Below, piece by piece: positions 55,703-64,000 of a stretch of 64,000 nt of DNA. Both the position numbers and the translations under genes were made by a program. Within the stretch, counting starts at the first letter, position 1. Every line of letters begins with the position of its first letter. Below the pieces are notes generated by a model. That model did not search any database, was not told the origin of the DNA, and saw only the letters and a program-made list of their open reading frames with translations. The DNA comes from the human T2T-CHM13v2.0 reference genome, Homo sapiens. The stretch is taken from assembly GCF_009914755.1 (NCBI RefSeq), contig NC_060929.1; one strand, 5' to 3'.

Positions 55703-57399
55703 TCAGGCCCAGGGCAAAGCACGTTTTCTTGATTCACACCAAGGGGTGGTCCGCAGGGACAGGCAGCCCTAGGAGGGATTAGGGCAGACAGGGGAGCAGC
55801 AGGGGATGTTCCATTTAAAGCTGTGTCTGGCCTAGGATGGGGATTGTTGGAAACTGGGTTTCTCTGCATGCATTAGAGTGATTAACAGCAGAGACCAGAG
55901 GCTGAACTGACCGGGGAGTGTGGAGGCAGAGACACGGGGCTGAGAAGGCCGCCAAGAGGGGGCTATGGGGCTCCAGCGCAAGAGGGGCTATAGCAGGAGC
56001 TGGTGTGAAGGCCAGAGAGGGGGAGTTTCTGGAAGGAGGGAGGGGGGCTGGTCCAGGGTTGTTTGAAGCAGGATAGAAAGTATAGAGACAGCATGAAAAG
56101 GAAGCCAGGAGTGGCAGGGAGAGAGAAAGAAAGAGGGAAGGTGAGGCTGGAGAGAAACAAGAAGGAGAGAGGGAGAGAGAGAGAGAGAAACAACTGAGGA
56201 GACCGAGAGACGAGAAAGGCCCAGTGGCCACAGCTCAGTGAATAATGCTGTGGTCCTCCCAGCTCTCCTGGACACTTGAGTTTGGGAACAACCCTCCCAT
56301 GCCCCCTGGACCTCCTGAGGGAAGTTAATTTAAAATGCCTGCCAGCACGGTCATGTGGCTGGGAAATGAATGTAGTTCTTTTAGACCAGGAATTGCAGCA
56401 TCTTGCCTGTGGCTGTGTTTTGCACAGTTTTTATTAATGTTTGCATTTCTAGCTGGGCAGCACAACCTCAATCTGGGCTGAGCTGGCAGCAGTGGGCCCT
56501 GGGCTCACAGAGTCCTGCCCACCTGAGTCCCCAACTGGGCCCCTGAAGGCCTTGGGGTCTGGAATCTCTGCATTCGACCTAGAGGACAGAGACAGAAACT
56601 AGAGCTCTAGGCAGGGCCGGGGACACATACAGGTGGGTGAAAAACCCCTGGGCGGCCGCACAGCCTGTCTGGTGCCAGCGTGGAGATGTCACATCAACAC
56701 TGCCAATCCGAGGAAACAGGGATGGGGGCTTTCATGTGCGCAGACGATAGGGAGCGGCCCCGCACGCCTGGAACAAACACAGACGCTGCGCCCGGGAGTC
56801 GGAGAAGCTCTCAGGAAACAGAAGTTCCTCTCCTAGGTAGATGGAAGCCAGGCCTTCCTCCTTCACAGAGAGCCGGATGCACACAGGCCCCTCCCGCCAC
56901 AGAACCCCAGAAAAACTGTCCCACAACCCCCAGTGAATGACCAAATCGAAAACCCCCAAACTTGTATGCCAAAGCCCTCCTAATCCCGATTCTGCTGGCC
57001 CCTAGGACTGCAAGGAACACGCTGCCCCTCACGGGACAGTTCCCTACATTTGAGGACAGAGCAGGGCCAGCCCGGGCACCTGCGCAGGGCAGGGTGCAGG
57101 AGACCAGAGCTCAGAAGGGAACGCCCCGCCCTGCTCTCAGATGCCCCTTGAGGGAGAGTTCAAGGCATTTTGAAAATAAATTTAAATGATCAAAAAAGAG
57201 AAAGACCAGACCTTTCAGGCCTATCCATCCCCCATAGCAGCCCAGGGACACGCCCCAGTTGCTGCTCTGGAAGAAGGGCCCGGGTTCCAAACAAAACTCA
57301 AAGTTGCAATATCACTCGAGCGCTCCGCAGGCCCAGGGGGCAGGAGCACCTTGTATGGTTGCAGGGGTGTGCCCAGAACAAGGGCACCCGAGCAGGCTG

Positions 57400-58700
<1,301 letters not shown>

Positions 58701-60823
58701 CCTCCCTCTCCTAATCTCTGGGTCTGTTTTCCTGTTTTCTTGTCTTTGGTTTGCGTCTGACTCAGACTGTCTGGCTGTCTCTGGGGCTGTGTCTGACACA
58801 ATCTCTGTCCATCTCTATCTCAGTCTTCTTCTGCCTCTAGGTCTCTGTTTCTCAGTCTCTGTCCCTGGCTTTCTGCCTCTGTCCTCTTCTTGGAAATCTT
58901 TTCTGTCTCTGTCCCTTCCTGTCTCTCCCTGCGGTTATCTCTCTCTGTCCCTGACCCCTTTTCTGTCTCTCTGTCTCTGTCCTGGCCACCAGTGCTCCTG
59001 ACTGCAGTTGCCTAAGGTATTCCCCAGCTTTCTCCTTGCAGAACCCTGCAGGGGGCAGGGGCTGCCTGAGCTGGGAGGGCCTAAGGAAGAGGAGGAAGAG
59101 CGAGGGGCAGGAAGGGGCCAGGAGGGAGAAGCCTTTAGTATTAGCGAACTTACAACACCCTGCAGTCGAGAAACAGCCCTCGAGGAGTGAGTTGAGTTGC
59201 CCAAGTGCATGCAGCTGGCATGTGTGGGCATCAGGATTCACACCCAGAATGGCATGAAACAAACAGCCCACACTGCCTTGGATGGAGGGAGGGGAGGGGC
59301 CGGCTTTCCTCGCAGCTCCCACTCCCGCCTATTGCTTGGGAGGATGGAACCCCGCGGGGTCGTTCTGGCTCCGTATAAAGTCTCCTCGGGCTCTGGGTCT
59401 GAGGCAGCCACTCGAGCTGCGGTGCTCACTGTGCCAACGCTCTCTGCACCTAACTCCCCATCTCATCGTGGAGGCCAAGGTGAGGGGGCTTGGCCAAAAG
59501 ATGCTTTTATCATCCCCCCATCCGAGGCCCAGGATTTGGCTCTCTGATGCCAAGAGAGCAAAGGGCGTCCTGGAGACAGGTGGTGAGCTCCTAGCCACAG
59601 GGATTAGCAGGCTCCTCGTCCGAGGGCCTGAGCCGGCTTGGGCTCCATTAGACAGGCTGGATTAGGGTGGCTGCGGGGATTTGGACAAGGCTGGTAGAGG
59701 GAGCAAGCAAGAAACATGCCACCTTTCTCTCTTCCCCCGCCTCTCCCAGGCCCCGATAGTTTCTACTGCCAGAACCACTTCTCCTGGTGGAAGCCCAGAG
59801 TCAACAGGCTGGGCCTAGCCCTGCTCCTATCCATTTTAACAGTGGGAAGGGTGGGGAGCTTGGCTGGTGCCAGGCCCTGAGCCTGACATTGCGAAGGACT
59901 GCATAAACTGGGTTTGGGAGGTGGATGGGCCCTTCCCTGTTCAGGACGAGCCTGACAGCTCCCAGCACACAGCAGCCTCCTGCTTGGCATGACCAAGGCA
60001 GCCACTGCCCCTGTCTGGAGGACAGACCATCAGGAAGCGGGGGCAGCAGCTGGGGGACTGGCAGGGGGTCCTCGCCATGTAGGAGGGAGGCATGCACACC
60101 TGTGAGCAGGGGGCTGGAGGAGAAGGGGAGGGGGGTGGCAGGATTTTAGACCTGATGGAGATTTGGCTCTTGGAGGGGTGGAGGATGGCATAGCTGCTGG
60201 GGCATTCCCTGAGAATATGAGGACCAGAGACACAGCTGAGCAGGTCAAGGAGGGCAGAAGCCAAGAGTTCGGGTTTGGGCAGGAAAGTGGAGGCTTCGTG
60301 GTTCATGAGCCTGGAACTGAGGGAAGAGGCCAGGGCGGGAGAGAAAGCTGAGGTGGGATCGCCACGGAGGCGTTTAAAGCCGTGGGACGCAGGAGTTCCC
60401 TGGGGCTGAGAGTGTGGACAGACAGTGAGGCTGGAGCCCCAGGAACCCCAACATGCAGGTCTGAGCAGAAGTAAGGAGACTGGGAGGGGGTGGCCGAGGA
60501 GTTAGAGGAGAAGCAGGAGCGTAGGCACCAGAGGGGCCCAGAAACAAGGATTGAGGAAGGAGGGAACATTCAGCATAATTTATTCAGCCCCGTGCAGGGG
60601 CAGAAGGCCAAAGTGCACCTCGCACAGGCCATAGGGCCCTCTTACAGCATCCTGATACAGCTGCTCAGGCTCGATGAGGTAGCACAGAATTTGTACAAAA
60701 TGCACAGGACGTCATTTAAAAGGTTGCCCCAAGAAGAAGTCCTGCTGTTCCCTGACCCTGGGACTGTTTTCCTCAGCTGGGCTGCTATGGCAGAGTTCCA
60801 TACAGACAGTCAAAGAACAGAGA

Positions 60824-62076
60824 TTTTTTTTTTTTTTTTTATGGTGAAAAGCTTTAATAACAGACAATGTGATTTCATACGCAACCAATCAGCAGATTAA
60901 CAAATCATTTAACTTTCTTTATATAAAACCAATATTCCACTCAAGAAAGATGAACCAAAATGGATCCTTTTACACTCACCAACCTAACTGAGTACAAATG
61001 AAGTCCATGATGTACCCCGTTAGCATGCTACATGTGTGTCAGTAAAACAAGCCCTCCCCCACCCCAAGCCCTGGCCCCCTGGCAAACAGATAAATGACGT
61101 GCACTGCGTGATGATACCATAGGTGAGAACTTTGGTTCATGCAGTCAGCTGGCATAGAGGTTGCACCCCAAAACCCCCGCCCTAGCACCCATAGTCAGTC
61201 GGTGGTGGGGGCTCATGGTGTCAGCTGTGTTCCTTCCACACCAGGTGAATACTGTGGTCAGGAATACTGGTGGCAAAGGCCAAGCCCGTGTCATTGTGCC
61301 CATCTGCTCCATTCAGCCAGGATGCTTCGCCTGCCAGGAAGCTTGAGCCTCTCTTTGATTTCTTGTACTCTGGAAGAGGCCAGCGATTAATGAGGCTCTG
61401 GGTCTGCAAGTCCATGATGTACAGGTGGCAGCTGCCAAACAGTAGGGCAACAATATTTCCAAAGCCAAGCAAGGCCAAGTTTGCTATCTCAGGAGTCTTG
61501 ATGACCCTGAGAATATCATAACTGTTGGCAAAGTCCCGCTGCTAGAGACGGAGGGCTGAACTACAAACAGTGTATTTGCCATCAACACGAAGTCTTGGCT
61601 GCAGGCGGATACTTCTAACCTCAGAGACAAGAGGATGTCTTTAAGCACTTGCAGTTGATTTCTGTCCCAGTTGGCCAAATCTTAATCTCATATTTGTCTG
61701 CACTTAAGAGGAGGTATCCTTCAGGACTGTGTGCAAGAGAGACTCGACTTTGCTCTTCTGCAGAACTACCTTGGTGACCCATGGCGTGTGCCCAGTGAGT
61801 GTGCTCAGGCATGCCCCAGTAGATAAAGTCCATCCTTTCACAGTGAAGGCCGCAGAGCCGCTCACCAAGGTATCATTGTAGTCCACGCTAAACACTGCCC
61901 GCGTGTGCCCGCGAAAGTGCCGGATCCTGGCTCCGGAACTCCATTCCCAGCAAGCCACAGTGTCGTCAAAGGAGCCTGTCACAAGCTTCTGTTCATTGAA
62001 CTTCACCACGGCACAAGTGTGGGTCTGGATGCCACAAACGCACTGCCCTGTGGTCACACCCCATAGCTTTGCAGAC
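60824..62076 (-). pseudogene. 5'-truncated processed pseudogene of FBXW2 (WD40 region plus 3'UTR and poly-A)
   Basis: [83 protein letters not shown] lie in shifting frames. No introns; ATTAAA, then T17 at 60824-60840. Confidence 0.92.
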
Positions 62077-62460
62077 CCTGTGGCTGTTTTCCTCAGCTGG
62101 GCGGCCATAACAAAGCCCCACAGACAGAGGGTTAAAGAACAGAGATTTGTCTTCCCACTGCTCTGGAGGCTGGGCGTCTGAGATCAGGGTGCCATCGTGG
62201 TGGGTTCTGGGGCGGGCCTCTCCCTGGCTTGCAGACCATCCTCTTCTCCTTGCGTCCTCATGTGGCCTTTTCTTGGTGTGTGCAGGAGGAGGGAGAGTCC
62301 TCTTGTCCTCTGCTCATGAGGCCACCAGGCCTATCGGATTCGGGCTCCACCCTCGCGACCTCATCTAACCTCATCCCCTGTTACAGCTCCGTCCACTCTT
62401 ACAGCACTGACATTGCCAGTAGGGCTTCCGCGTAAGAATTTGGGGACATAACTCCCTCCA
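62077..62460. mobile_element. MLT1-type MaLR LTR (target of the retrocopy insertion)
   Basis: GCCATAACAAAG...AACAGAGATTT...CTCTGGAGGCTGG...GAGATCAGGGTGCC...CCTGGCTTGCAGA...GACCTCATCTAACCT...GAATTTGGGGACATA. Confidence 0.8.
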
Positions 62461-62646
62461 TAGCCCTCTGACTGGGCCTGAGGCATCCAGGGGAAAGAGC
62501 AAAGGGCACCCAGTGGGACTATAGGGGGGTGGTTCAGTGCACACTCAGGGCTACAGAGCCCAGGTCTAAATCTTGGCCCGGTCACTTTTTATCAAGGTGA
62601 CCTTGAGCAAGTCTCTGTACCTTTATTTAGCCTCAGTGTCCGTATC

Positions 62647-63483
<837 letters not shown>

Positions 63484-64000
63484 GAGAGGGAGTATTTTCA
63501 AAAGGAAAATCATAAAGTAATTTGATCAAATCTGAATCTTAGCCTAAGTAAAAGGCCCAAACAGCTTTCCAAAGGAATTGAACGCATCATATTGGGGTTT
63601 AGAATTCATCATTTTCATGATACCAGTCCATGTGGTTTTTATTGCTTGGCATTGGCATTGGCTTGAAGTTCAACGTGAACACCAACTCTTGGGCTCACAG
63701 TTTTGATAATGGAGGAACTGCCTCCGTTTTGAAACAGAAATGTTTAAGTGCACAATGCACCAGACACTGGTTTATAAAGGCTGTGTTTTATTTAAGCTGC
63801 CTTTCCACAGGGCAATGAGGGATTTCAAACATGAAATATATTTGAGAAACTTCATTTTAAGGAACCCATTAGTTAGGGGATATTGTTTTGTTTTTAAACA
63901 GGAAGATCTTTAACCAGAACACAAATTTTCTTCAAAATTAGAGAAATCAAAGTACTATACAACAAGGCCATAGAATATATCTCCGAGAAGTCATCCCAGA

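Overview
Human genomic DNA (primate Alu/L1/MaLR content, spliced genes); the gene pair points to 5q35.3. Two protein-coding genes converge tail-to-tail. ZNF454 (+ strand, KRAB plus 12 C2H2 fingers, 522 aa) has a CpG-island promoter at ~3.9-5.1 kb and coding exons from 6061 to 29230. GRM6 (- strand, metabotropic glutamate receptor 6, 877 aa) has 10 coding exons from 58202 to 44920 and a long 3'UTR to ~41.6 kb. I traced all splice junctions by hand and both CDSs join in frame. The window also holds a 5'-truncated FBXW2 processed pseudogene upstream of GRM6, a decayed zinc-finger exon antisense inside the GRM6 3'UTR, about 35 Alu copies or fragments, old L1/L2/MIR/MaLR pieces, a MER75 end, a complex (TG)n array and a 19-bp VNTR. 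I see no new protein-coding system. The most unusual signals are structural: a perfect 136-bp non-TE inverted repeat with template-switch microhomologies, a ~75-bp target-site-like duplication around the FBXW2 retrocopy, a 106-bp identical tract between two neighbouring Alus, a 29-bp tail-less Alu fragment with flanking repeats, a chimeric duplicon in ZNF454 intron 1, and a GRM6 poly(A) signal apparently supplied by a dead ZNF exon. Repeat family names and boundaries are by eye and approximate.
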